A DNA stretch of 36,885 nt from Phycisphaerales bacterium. Its GTDB lineage: Bacteria; Planctomycetota; Phycisphaerae; Sedimentisphaerales; Anaerohalosphaeraceae. This document shows, piece after piece, positions 18,178 through 28,813 of the stretch; the stretch's first letter is position 1, and each line of letters opens with the position of its first letter. Under the pieces are notes generated by a model. The model did no database searches. It saw nothing but the letters and a program-made list of their open reading frames with translations, and was not told the origin of the DNA. Location of the stretch: contig DSDH01000573.1 of NCBI GenBank assembly GCA_011055475.1, positions 1 through 36,885 on the forward strand, written 5' to 3'. Made by a program: the position numbers and the translations under genes.

Positions 18178-19083
18178 ATGAGCGGCAGGATAGAGGGCGA
18201 TCGACGCTTGGCCGTGACAGCGGGCGCGGCGAGTGTGGGTGTGCATATCCTGATCCTGGCCGCGTTCGGGACCGTTCGTTGGGGGCGAGCGCCCGCCGAG
18301 GCCGGGGCCAACGTATCCCCCCCGGCCGTAGCGCAGATTCAACAGCTTCTGGAACGGCCGCCCATCACGTCCAAGCCCAAGACCCGCCCGATATTCGACG
18401 CGCATCGTCTTGTGCCCGCAGGCCGCCGGCCAGCCGACCTGACCGGTATCGGCAAGATCGAAATGGACGCCTCGGCCGACCTGCAACTATGGCAGGGGAC
18501 CGATGAGGCGCTCGCCCCGAGCCGCGCAAGCGGCCAAGATACGGGGGTCTCCTTTTTCGGGCAGGCCACGACGGTGCGCAAGATCTGCTACGTGGTCGAC
18601 GCCACCGGCAGCATGCACGGGCGTTTCGGTCTGGTCAAACAGCAGTTGACCGACTCGATCCGCCGGCTCGATCCGGATCAGTACTTTTACATCATCTTCT
18701 TCCTGGACGGTGACCGGCTTCTGGAAACCGGCGGCGGGCGGCTGGTTCGCGCGACCCCGGCTGCCAAGGCTCAGGCCGAGGCCTTCATCGACGCGGTCCG
18801 GCCCAGCGGCGCGACCAACGCCGTGGCCGCGCTGCGTCGCGGCATGGAGATTCGCGACGCCTTGGGCCAGGCCCCGCAATTGATTTACTTTCTGACGGAC
18901 GGGTTCGACCTGGGCGAGACCGTGGGGATCGACGACTTCGTCGCGCGGATCGAGCAAACCCGCCGGCAGTTGGCGCCCCATAGCCGTGTTCATACGATTG
19001 GGTTCTGGACGGAATCGGGGGATGTTGAGATACTGAAGCGGCTGGCCGAACAGAGCGGCGGGGTGTTCACCCACGTGCAGTGA
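18178..19083 (+). CDS. Single-pass membrane protein with C-terminal von Willebrand factor A domain
   Basis: N-terminal TM AASVGVHILILAAF. Pro-rich linker. SFFG. MIDAS-like YVVDATGSM, GATN and FLTDG. HTIGF and LKRLAEQSGG. RBS GGGAGG. Confidence 0.85.
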   Translation: MSGRIEGDRRLAVTAGAASVGVHILILAAFGTVRWGRAPAEAGANVSPPAVAQIQQLLERPPITSKPKTRPIFDAHRLVPAGRRPADLTGIGKIEMDASADLQLWQGTDEALAPSRASGQDTGVSFFGQATTVRKICYVVDATGSMHGRFGLVKQQLTDSIRRLDPDQYFYIIFFLDGDRLLETGGGRLVRATPAAKAQAEAFIDAVRPSGATNAVAALRRGMEIRDALGQAPQLIYFLTDGFDLGETVGIDDFVARIEQTRRQLAPHSRVHTIGFWTESGDVEILKRLAEQSGGVFTHVQ

Positions 19084-19129
19084 AGAACCGCTTCGGCGGG
19101 CGCTGCGAGAGATCAGTACGGAAAGACGC

Positions 19130-19966
19130 ATGGACACACAGGCAGGTTCAGACCGATCGTGGCGAGCGGGGCAGGTCTTAGGTCCGGTCGCGGTAGTGGC
19201 CGGACTTCTGGCGGTCCCGTCCACAGCGGCGGCAGCCGAGGGCGGCAGCTTCTTCGACCAGTTCGTGGTCGCCGGCGGCGGCATCGTCTATTACGTGCTG
19301 ATCCCGATGTCCCTGATCGCGGTGTATCGAATCTTCGAGCTGATGGTTCTGGTGCGCCGCCGACGGCTGGTGCCGGACGCCGTCGGGCGTCAGATCGCCA
19401 CGACGATCCAGCAGTTCGGCCTGGGTTCCCTGGTCAGCCGCCTGGCCGGTCGTGTGGACTTAGTCAGTCGCGCCATGTACCGGGCCGTGACCCAGTCCCA
19501 GGGCAGCGTGGATCGCCACGTCCTGGAGGACATGGCCGAAGAGGCCCTGCACGATGAGGCCCTGCGGTTGCTGCGGAAGGCCGAGCTGTGCAACACGATC
19601 GGCAACGTGGCGCCGATGGTCGGACTGTTCGGGACCGTCTATGGGATGATCCAGGCCTTCGGCATTCTGGCCATCTCCGAGGGTCAGCCGCGCTCCGATG
19701 AACTGGCGGCCAAGATCAGCGTGGCCCTGGTGACCACGTTTTGGGGGCTTCTGATCGCCATCCCTTCACTGACGGTCTATGGTGTGGTGCGCACCCGGCT
19801 GGAAGGTCTGGTCAGCGAGGCCACCCTGCAGATCGAGATGCTGCTGCAACACGTCAGCAGGCCCGGGGGCGCCACGCCGGCGGAAGCCAATGCTTCGTCG
19901 GGTGAGCGGGGTGAGCCGGGGCCCCGTCGCCGCGAGCCGCGGACCCGCTCCGGGGCCGGTCGCTGA
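19130..19966 (+). CDS. exbB: MotA/TolQ/ExbB proton channel family protein
   Basis: IGNVAPMVGLFGTVYGMIQAF and ISVALVTTFWGLLIAIP. N-terminal signal-like segment. Confidence 0.88.
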   Translation: MDTQAGSDRSWRAGQVLGPVAVVAGLLAVPSTAAAAEGGSFFDQFVVAGGGIVYYVLIPMSLIAVYRIFELMVLVRRRRLVPDAVGRQIATTIQQFGLGSLVSRLAGRVDLVSRAMYRAVTQSQGSVDRHVLEDMAEEALHDEALRLLRKAELCNTIGNVAPMVGLFGTVYGMIQAFGILAISEGQPRSDELAAKISVALVTTFWGLLIAIPSLTVYGVVRTRLEGLVSEATLQIEMLLQHVSRPGGATPAEANASSGERGEPGPRRREPRTRSGAGR

Positions 19967-19982
19967 CTGAAGGAGCCGCGTT

Positions 19983-20444
19983 ATGGCCAGACCCGCGTGG
20001 AGTTCGGGCCGATCCGTGGGGTTCAACCTCACGCCGATCATCGACGTGGTGTTCCTGCTGATCATCTTCTTCATGGTAGTCTGCCAGTTCATCACCGCCG
20101 AGAGTTTCGACGTGGCGGTGCCCGACCGCATTGATACCGCCCGTGACGCCGAGCAGACACAGGCCCGGCAGGGCGCGATCGTGACGGTCCTGTGCGAGCC
20201 TGATGGTCAAGTGGGCTTCGCGGTCGGCGCGCGCCGCCTGACGGCGCAGGGTCCGGAGCTGGCCCGCTCGATCGCCGCGGCCCTGGATTGGCAGTTGCAG
20301 TCGCTGCCGGACGATCAGCGGATCGTGACCCTTCGCTGCGACCAGGAGGTGACGTTCGCCCACGCCAAGTACGCGCTGGCGGGCATCGGCTACAGCACGG
20401 CCACGGACGTGCGATGGGCGGTCATTCGCGCTGAGCGTCGGTGA
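19983..20444 (+). CDS. exbD: ExbD/TolR family biopolymer transporter
   Basis: FNLTPIIDVVFLLIIFFMV with the conserved TM Asp, and LRCD in the periplasmic domain. RBS AAGGAG. Confidence 0.9.
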   Translation: MARPAWSSGRSVGFNLTPIIDVVFLLIIFFMVVCQFITAESFDVAVPDRIDTARDAEQTQARQGAIVTVLCEPDGQVGFAVGARRLTAQGPELARSIAAALDWQLQSLPDDQRIVTLRCDQEVTFAHAKYALAGIGYSTATDVRWAVIRAERR

Positions 20445-20450
20445 CGGGCA

Positions 20451-20469
20451 GACGCCCCCGGCTCGGGCG

Positions 20470-20471
<2 letters not shown>
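20451..20471. terminator. GC hairpin between convergent exbD and clpX
   Basis: GACGCCC-CCGGCTC-GGGCGTC with no U-tract. Confidence 0.35.
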
Positions 20472-21720
<1,249 letters not shown>

Positions 21721-21761
21721 AGTTACGCCTCGCATCCCTCACAAATCGCTGATCTACGATA

Positions 21762-21790
21762 ATTATACCTCTCGGCCGACCGCATGACAA
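21762..21790 (-). promoter_or_regulatory. Sigma70-type promoter for clpX
   Basis: Minus strand TTGTCA-17 nt-TATAAT. Confidence 0.8.
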
Positions 21791-21854
21791 GGCGAGAAAA
21801 AATACCCGTCGCTATCGCTCGGATCGGGCGGTCCGAGGGGGCGCCGGCTCTGCG

Positions 21855-24170
21855 TCAGGGCTGTGACGCCAGCGCAGCCAGATGTGTCTTCCAGAAGGCC
21901 GGACAGTCGGGTCGGCTGCTTAGAAGCACCTCGACGGCGTGCCGCACCGTATCGTCGCCCACGCCCTCGCGTTGGGCATGGCACCAGGTCTGCCAATACC
22001 GCGCCTGCCACCAGGCCCACGCATCCGGCCCATCCCGCAGCGCCGCGGCGATCTGCTGCCAGCATTCGGCCGCTCGAGTCCACTGTCGCCGAGCCGTAAG
22101 CAGTCTTGCCTGGGCGCGGACCCACTCCACGCGCCGGGTCCAGGCGGGCCGTGCCAGAGCCTCGACAATCGCCGCCGCTTGGTTGATCGAGGCCGCATCG
22201 CCGCGCAAGGCCAGGCATTCGGCCTCGGTCAGCCGCAACAAGTCGCGTGTTTCAGCCTCCTGTGTGTGGGAGGCGGCGTGTTCGGCCAGTCGGCACAGGT
22301 CCACCAGGAAATCCGCGAACGACGGTTGTTCCCGCCAGGTCTCGATACGCGCCGATGCCTCGGCTAGAAGCGTCGTGATCTCATCGGCCACCGCGGGCGC
22401 CGGAGAATCCAGCACGCCGATCAGCGCCTTGGCCGCCTGCGGGTGTCGTTCCAGCGTCCGCAGGGCCGAGCAGCGAAGCACGGCCGCATCCGCCGGCTCC
22501 AGGCCGTCCGTGCGGCTCAGCAGGTCCAGGACCGTTTGCGCCGCCCAGCGGTCGGGTGTCTCGAGCAACAACCGGCAGTAGAGCAGGACCGCTTGGGTCC
22601 GTGCCTGCTGCTGGGGTTCTTCCGGCCCCGGCGGACGGCGCAGAAGTCGTTCCAGCTCATCTCGGGCGCTGCGACGGCACGCCGCGTCGCAGTCATCCGT
22701 CTGTATCTGACGCACCACAAGCTCCAGGCCGGCGGCCAGGGCATAGGGTCCACCACGGGCACGAATCTGCCTCAGAAGGGCCTCGGCCCGGGTGCGCTGC
22801 CCCGTGGCGTGCAGAGCCAGAGCGTAGGCGTATTCAAGCTCGTCGTTTGCCTCGGTCCCGGCCAGATTGTGGTAGAACGCCAACATCTCGGCGGCGGTGG
22901 CGGCATGCTCGGCATCCTCCAGGTAGAGCTGCCAAGCCAGCTTGGCCCCTAAGGCGGCTACCTCCGCCGGCGTCACGGGCAGGTCGGGATCGGACCGATC
23001 CCGTTGAACCTGGGCGGCCCGCCGGTATGACGTCATGGCTGCGACCGGGTCGGCATCCCGCTGCGCCTGGGCCTTGGCGAACAGCAAGAGTCCGCTGGGC
23101 GGCTCCAGAACACCCTCCAAGAACTCCAGCAACGGCAAGGCCTCGGACGATTCACCGTGGCCGGCCTGTTGCAGGGCCAGGCGGCGCTCCAACGGCGTTC
23201 GGTCGAGGATGTACGAGCCGGTCAACTCGTTGCGCGAAAAACGATCCAGCCAGTCGTCCAGGACCACCCGTCCCACGAAGGAACCGGCCTCCGGCGAACG
23301 CCTGAGAACCTCCTGCAAAACGTGGTCCGAGCGAGGTCGAACGCATCGCAGCTCAAGAAACGCCAGCCGCAGCAGGATGTCCGGATCGTCGGCCAGGGCG
23401 GTCCGTTGCAGCGCGGTCAGGACCTCGCGAATCAAGGTCGAATCGACGCGGTCCAGCAGGCCCAGACGCGTGATCGCCGCGTGGAAGTAGGTCGCATCCG
23501 GTGGTCGCCTCTCGGAGCGGTAGGCCTCAAGGGTCTCCGCCAGAAGTCGGCTCGCCTGATCCCGAGCGGTTGGGTGATCGGCCAGACGCGAGAGACATTG
23601 GGCCCGCAGCAGGCATACTGTCGGGTCCTGCTCACCGTCGGCGTAGCTGGTGCACCGTGCAATCACGTCGGCCAGTCGCTCATCCCGCGTGGGATTCTCC
23701 CGCGTCAGCGCCCACCAGTAATCCACCCGGCAGATGAGCCATGTGAAACGCTCCGCCGCCGCGTGGGCCCTGCGCCACAGTCCCGTCACGCCGAAACGAC
23801 GGTCCCAATCGTCGCCCTCGTAGGCTTCGATGCGACGGCAGTAGTCGTGCAGCGTGGCGGCGGCCTGGACGAGCGTCTCGCCGGCGGGCCGGGCCCATTG
23901 GGCCATCTGCTCACGGTCCCCGTCGGTCAGGAAGCGATCCTGGTAGTGAAAACGCAACCGGATTTCCCGACTGCGGGCAAAGAAACCCTCCGCCGCCTCG
24001 TCCGCTCGGTCGGTCACACGCTGCACGTCTTCGATGGTGATCTGCGGCGCCTGCGCCCGCGTCCCGGCCACCACGGAGAGCAGCAGCACGACGATGCCGA
24101 GCCGATGCAGGATGCCCGCACCGGTCCGCGCAGGCGTGAATAGACCATCCTTAGATGAAAGATGCTTCAT
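21855..24170 (-). CDS. Large exported alpha-helical (TPR-like) hypothetical protein, 771 aa
   Basis: Long ORF 16 nt downstream of the second exbD. Signal-like LGIVVLLLSVVAGTRAQA. Ala/Leu/Arg-rich helical repeats (YAYALALHATGQRTRAEALL). Exact start uncertain. Confidence 0.7.
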   Translation of the reverse strand: MKHLSSKDGLFTPARTGAGILHRLGIVVLLLSVVAGTRAQAPQITIEDVQRVTDRADEAAEGFFARSREIRLRFHYQDRFLTDGDREQMAQWARPAGETLVQAAATLHDYCRRIEAYEGDDWDRRFGVTGLWRRAHAAAERFTWLICRVDYWWALTRENPTRDERLADVIARCTSYADGEQDPTVCLLRAQCLSRLADHPTARDQASRLLAETLEAYRSERRPPDATYFHAAITRLGLLDRVDSTLIREVLTALQRTALADDPDILLRLAFLELRCVRPRSDHVLQEVLRRSPEAGSFVGRVVLDDWLDRFSRNELTGSYILDRTPLERRLALQQAGHGESSEALPLLEFLEGVLEPPSGLLLFAKAQAQRDADPVAAMTSYRRAAQVQRDRSDPDLPVTPAEVAALGAKLAWQLYLEDAEHAATAAEMLAFYHNLAGTEANDELEYAYALALHATGQRTRAEALLRQIRARGGPYALAAGLELVVRQIQTDDCDAACRRSARDELERLLRRPPGPEEPQQQARTQAVLLYCRLLLETPDRWAAQTVLDLLSRTDGLEPADAAVLRCSALRTLERHPQAAKALIGVLDSPAPAVADEITTLLAEASARIETWREQPSFADFLVDLCRLAEHAASHTQEAETRDLLRLTEAECLALRGDAASINQAAAIVEALARPAWTRRVEWVRAQARLLTARRQWTRAAECWQQIAAALRDGPDAWAWWQARYWQTWCHAQREGVGDDTVRHAVEVLLSSRPDCPAFWKTHLAALASQP

Positions 24171-24186
24171 AAGCCGTCTTGCAGAA

Positions 24187-24690
24187 CTACAATTCCATGG
24201 GAAACGTGATGTCGTGAATGCCCATGGCGTACAGCACGTTATACACCTTCACCAGGTGATCCCACGTCACCCCATCGTCGCATTCCAGGGAGATCGGGTC
24301 GGCCAGCGTGCGTTTCTGGCTTTCAAGCAGCGTGCCGATCCGCAGGGCCAAGTCGGCCAGTTGTTCGGGCCCGGCGACCGCGTCCAGCGTCAGGTCGACT
24401 TCCTGCGGCCCCGAGCCGGCGGTGACGCGGCACCCCTCGGCCACGGGGCTCAGCCGAACCACGAGCGGCTCGATGAGTCCGCGCGACGGCGTCGTGGCGT
24501 CGGCCTGCGAGAGCTTGAAGGGCAAAAACTGCTCGGGCGTGCGGAATCGCGCGGTCAGCACGAAGAAGATCAGCAGCAGGAAGATCACGTCGATCATGGG
24601 GGCCATGCGCGGCATGAACGTCGGGCGCCGGCTGCCGCTCAGACGCCCTTGCCCGAAGCGTCCCCGACCTTTGGTTCGCTCGGTGTTCAC
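24187..24690 (-). CDS. exbD: Second ExbD/TolR family protein
   Basis: RMAPMIDVIFLLLIFFVL and LECDDGVTWDHLVKVYN. GTG start overlaps the gamma-subunit stop (GTGA). Confidence 0.85.
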   Translation of the reverse strand: MNTERTKGRGRFGQGRLSGSRRPTFMPRMAPMIDVIFLLLIFFVLTARFRTPEQFLPFKLSQADATTPSRGLIEPLVVRLSPVAEGCRVTAGSGPQEVDLTLDAVAGPEQLADLALRIGTLLESQKRTLADPISLECDDGVTWDHLVKVYNVLYAMGIHDITFPMEL

Positions 24691-25235
24691 GAGGTCACCG
24701 CGTCGAGCCCCGCGTGCAGGGCCCGCGTGTTCAGCTCCACGAGCTTGGCGCTCTTCTCCTGAAAGGCGAGCCGCACCGCCTCGGCGAGGGCCTCGGCCCC
24801 GACGAGTTTCGTCGCGCCGGCGAAGGCGCCCATCGCCACCATGTTCGTCGCCCGCACGTTGCCCAGCTCGTGGGCGATGCTTGTCGCCTCCACCGACGTT
24901 ACCGTCAGGTCCTCCCGCTCGACGTCGCGGTCGATCAGCGAGCGGTTGACAATCACGTGGCCGTTCGGGGCCATGACCGGCTCGAAACGGTCCAGGCTCG
25001 GACGGTTCAGAACGATCGCCACGTCGGGCGTCTCGACGTAGGGGCTGGCGATCGGCCCATCGGACAGCACCACCGTCGCGTTGGCCGTGCCGCCCCGCAT
25101 CTCGGCCCCGTACGAGACCATGAGCGTCACGTTGCGGCCGTCGATCATCGCGGCCCGGGCGATGACGTTGCCCGTCAGGACCACGCCCTGTCCGCCGAAC
25201 CCGGCAATCACGATGCGCGTTTCGCTGTCGTTCAT
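24687..25235 (-). CDS. 2-oxoacid:ferredoxin oxidoreductase gamma subunit
   Basis: AGFGGQGVV, SYGAEMRGG and NMVAMGA. Confidence 0.92.
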   Translation of the reverse strand: MNDSETRIVIAGFGGQGVVLTGNVIARAAMIDGRNVTLMVSYGAEMRGGTANATVVLSDGPIASPYVETPDVAIVLNRPSLDRFEPVMAPNGHVIVNRSLIDRDVEREDLTVTSVEATSIAHELGNVRATNMVAMGAFAGATKLVGAEALAEAVRLAFQEKSAKLVELNTRALHAGLDAVTS

Positions 25236-25285
25236 GGTCTTTCGCCGACGTTTGCCGCGCCCGCTCGGGCGCGATGCAGTCGTCG

Positions 25286-26017
<732 letters not shown>

Positions 26018-26073
26018 GTCACGTCTCGTTTCTATCACCGCGGTCGGGCTGGCCGCCGTCCCACGGCACTGCG

Positions 26074-27150
26074 TCAGCGGCACTCCTCGTAAAGAACCGC
26101 AATCCGTTCGAAAATCTTTTCCGGTGTCGGGTACCAGCCCCCGCCCTGGCCATAAAACGCCACGGGTCGTCGGTATTGACAGGCCAGGCGCACGTCCTCG
26201 ATCATCTGCCCTTCGGACATCTCGCAGACCAGGAATTGCCGGGCGTGCTCGGCCGCCCGGAGAAACGGCTCTTCGGGGAACGGCCACACCGTGATCGGCC
26301 GAATCAGCCCGACCTTCATGCCGCGCCGCCGCGCCTCGTGCACGGCCCCGCCGGCGATACGAGCGGTCATGCCGTACGCCGAGACAACCAGCCGTGCATC
26401 GTCCACGGCGATCTCCTCGGCCCGCGGCAAAGCGTGCCGGATCCTGTCGTATTTGGCGTGCAGGTGCCGATTGTGCTCGGCGAGGGCCTCGGCCGGCCGC
26501 AGGTAAAGCGAGCGGATCACGCGGGGCTCGCGGCCCTTGCAGCCGTCAAGAATCCAGTCCTTGTCGGGCAGCTCGCACACCGGCTCATACGGCGTGGGCT
26601 CGACGGGCTCGGCCATCTGTCCGAGGATGCCGTCGCCGAGGATCATCACCGGGTTGCGAAAGCGGTCGGCGTAATCGAACGCGTTCATGGTCAGCGTCCA
26701 CAATTCCTGGCACGTGGACGGCGCCAACACGATCAGGTGATAATCCCCGTGGCCGCCGCCCTTGGTCGCCTGGAAGTAGTCGCCCTGCGAGGCGCGAATG
26801 TTGCCCAACCCCGGCCCGCCACGCTGCATGTTGGCGATGACGCACGGCAGCTCGGCGCCGGCGATATAGCTGATGCCCTCCTGCTTGAGGCTGATGCCGG
26901 GCGAAGAGGAGCTGGTCATGCAGCGGGCGCCCGTCGCCGAGGCCCCGAACAGCATATTAATCGCCGCCAGCTCCGACTCGGCCTGGACGAAAATGCCCCC
27001 CGCCTCGGGCATCCGGTGCGACATGTACTCGGGCACCTCGTTCTGCGGCGTAATCGGATAGCCGGCGAAAAAGCGGCATCCGGCCCGGATCGCCGCTTCG
27101 CTCATCACTTCGTTGCCCTTCATGAACAGCTTTTCGGTGCCGGTCTTCAA
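26074..27150 (-). CDS. vorB: 2-oxoacid:ferredoxin oxidoreductase alpha subunit (VorB-like, 2-ketoisovalerate type)
   Basis: [30 protein letters not shown] and [29 protein letters not shown] start after GGAG. Confidence 0.85.
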   Translation of the reverse strand: MKTGTEKLFMKGNEVMSEAAIRAGCRFFAGYPITPQNEVPEYMSHRMPEAGGIFVQAESELAAINMLFGASATGARCMTSSSSPGISLKQEGISYIAGAELPCVIANMQRGGPGLGNIRASQGDYFQATKGGGHGDYHLIVLAPSTCQELWTLTMNAFDYADRFRNPVMILGDGILGQMAEPVEPTPYEPVCELPDKDWILDGCKGREPRVIRSLYLRPAEALAEHNRHLHAKYDRIRHALPRAEEIAVDDARLVVSAYGMTARIAGGAVHEARRRGMKVGLIRPITVWPFPEEPFLRAAEHARQFLVCEMSEGQMIEDVRLACQYRRPVAFYGQGGGWYPTPEKIFERIAVLYEECR

Positions 27151-27171
27151 CGATTGCTCTCCGCCCGCCGC

Positions 27172-27375
27172 TCACCCGTCGATTCGGATGGCCACCTCCG
27201 GGCACATCCGGGCGCACAGGGCGCAGCCGGTGCACTTGTCCTTGTCGATGATCTCCGCGTAGCAGTAGCCCTTGCTGTTGAGGTTTTCGGTCATGCGCAC
27301 GTTGTCGATGGGACAGGCCCCGATACAAAGACCGCATCCCTTGCAGCGCTCCAGGTTGAGATGGATATCCGCCAC
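27172..27375 (-). CDS. 2[4Fe-4S] ferredoxin, delta subunit of the oxidoreductase
   Basis: CKGCGLCIGACP and CTGCALCARMCP. GTG start after GGAG. Confidence 0.92.
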   Translation of the reverse strand: MADIHLNLERCKGCGLCIGACPIDNVRMTENLNSKGYCYAEIIDKDKCTGCALCARMCPEVAIRIDG

Positions 27376-27409
27376 GCTTGGCTCCGGAAACGACGCATCC
27401 CAAAGCCGC

Positions 27410-27438
27410 ATCCTAGCGGGCCTGAAAAGCCAAGTCAA
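27410..27438 (-). promoter_or_regulatory. Sigma70-type promoter for the oxidoreductase operon
   Basis: Minus strand TTGACT-17 nt-TAGGAT. Confidence 0.65.
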
Positions 27439-27460
27439 CCCCGAATCGAGGGAGGTGCTG

Positions 27461-28660
27461 CTATCGCGACAGACGCGGCACGGCGTCATCCGCGAGGACC
27501 TTCCAGGGCAAGCCGTGGCGATTCAAGGCGTCCATGAACGGATCGGGATCGAACTGTTCCATGTGAAACACGCCTTGGCCCGACCACGTGCCGGTCAGGA
27601 TCATCTTGGCCCCGATCATGGCCGGCACGCCCGTCGTGTAAGACACGGCCTGGGCCCCCACCTCGCGATAGCACGCGGCATGATCGCAGACGTTGTAGAT
27701 CATCAGACGGTGCGGCTTGCCTCCCTGCACACCCTCGATGATGCAGCCGATGCAGGTCTTGCCCTCGTAGGTCGCGCCGAGCGAGCCGGGATCGGGCAGC
27801 AGGGCCTTGAGAAACTGCAAGGGCACGATCTTGTGGCCCTGGAAATCCACCGGGTCGATGCGGGTCATGCCGATGTTCTGCAGAACGCGAAGGTGCGTCA
27901 GGTATTCCTCGCCGAAGGTCATCCAGAACCGGATGCGTTGCAGGCCTCGAATGTGCTTGACGAGGGATTCGAGCTCCTCGTGATACAGCAGATACGAGCG
28001 GCGCGGGCCGACTTCGGGGTAGTCGATATCCTGCGACAGGCTCATGGGGTCGATCTCAAGCCAGCGGCCATCCTGCCAGTAGCGGCCCTTCTGGGTGATC
28101 TCACGGATGTTGATTTCGGGGTTGAAGTTCGTGGCGAATGCCTGACCGTGCTGGCCGGCGTTGCAGTCGACGATGTCCACGCTGTGAACCTCGTCGAAGT
28201 GGTGCTTCTGGGCGTAGGCGCAGAAGACGTTCGTCACGCCGGGGTCGAAACCGCTGCCCAAAAGGGCCATGATGCCCTTGGCCGCGTAGCGATCCTGGTA
28301 GGCCCATTGCCATTTGTACTCGAACTTGGCCACGTCCGGCGGCTCATAATTGGCCGTGTCCAGATAGTGCACGCCGGTCTCCAGACAGGCATCCATGATG
28401 GCCAGGTCCTGGTACGGCAGGGCGACGTTGACGACCAGGTCCGGCTTGTGTTTGCGGATCAGGGCCACGGTCTGGGCGACGTCGTCGGCATCCAGGGCCT
28501 CGACCTCGATGGGCCGGTCGATCTGCTCGGCGATCGCCCGGCATTTGCTCACGGTGCGGCTGGCCAGGATGATGCGGTCGAAGACCTCGGGCACCTGCGC
28601 ACACTTGCGGACGACGACGTTGCCGACGCCGCCGGCTCCGATGATCAGGACGGTTGCCAT
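27461..28660 (-). CDS. Saccharopine dehydrogenase family protein, probable carboxy(nor)spermidine dehydrogenase
   Basis: IIGAGGVG, ALPYQDL.IMDAC, YLDTANYE, GFDPGVTN, FATNFNPEINIRE, YHEELESL and SYTTGVPA. RBS GGAG. Confidence 0.88.
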   Translation of the reverse strand: MATVLIIGAGGVGNVVVRKCAQVPEVFDRIILASRTVSKCRAIAEQIDRPIEVEALDADDVAQTVALIRKHKPDLVVNVALPYQDLAIMDACLETGVHYLDTANYEPPDVAKFEYKWQWAYQDRYAAKGIMALLGSGFDPGVTNVFCAYAQKHHFDEVHSVDIVDCNAGQHGQAFATNFNPEINIREITQKGRYWQDGRWLEIDPMSLSQDIDYPEVGPRRSYLLYHEELESLVKHIRGLQRIRFWMTFGEEYLTHLRVLQNIGMTRIDPVDFQGHKIVPLQFLKALLPDPGSLGATYEGKTCIGCIIEGVQGGKPHRLMIYNVCDHAACYREVGAQAVSYTTGVPAMIGAKMILTGTWSGQGVFHMEQFDPDPFMDALNRHGLPWKVLADDAVPRLSR

Positions 28661-28733
28661 ATCCGCTCTCCCGGTGTTTTCGTGGTCGTGGCGCCGTGGC
28701 CGGTGCCTGGGCGTTGCCTGTCGTAAAGCGCGC

Positions 28734-28761
28734 AGTATAGGTCCGCAGGCGATGGTGTCCA
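28734..28761 (-). promoter_or_regulatory. Possible promoter for the dehydrogenase gene
   Basis: Minus strand TGGACA-16 nt-TATACT. Confidence 0.45.
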
Positions 28762-28813
28762 GTGCCACCTGCGGGAATTGGGGCGTGCCCCAGCGCCGGG
28801 AGGGGGTCACGGC

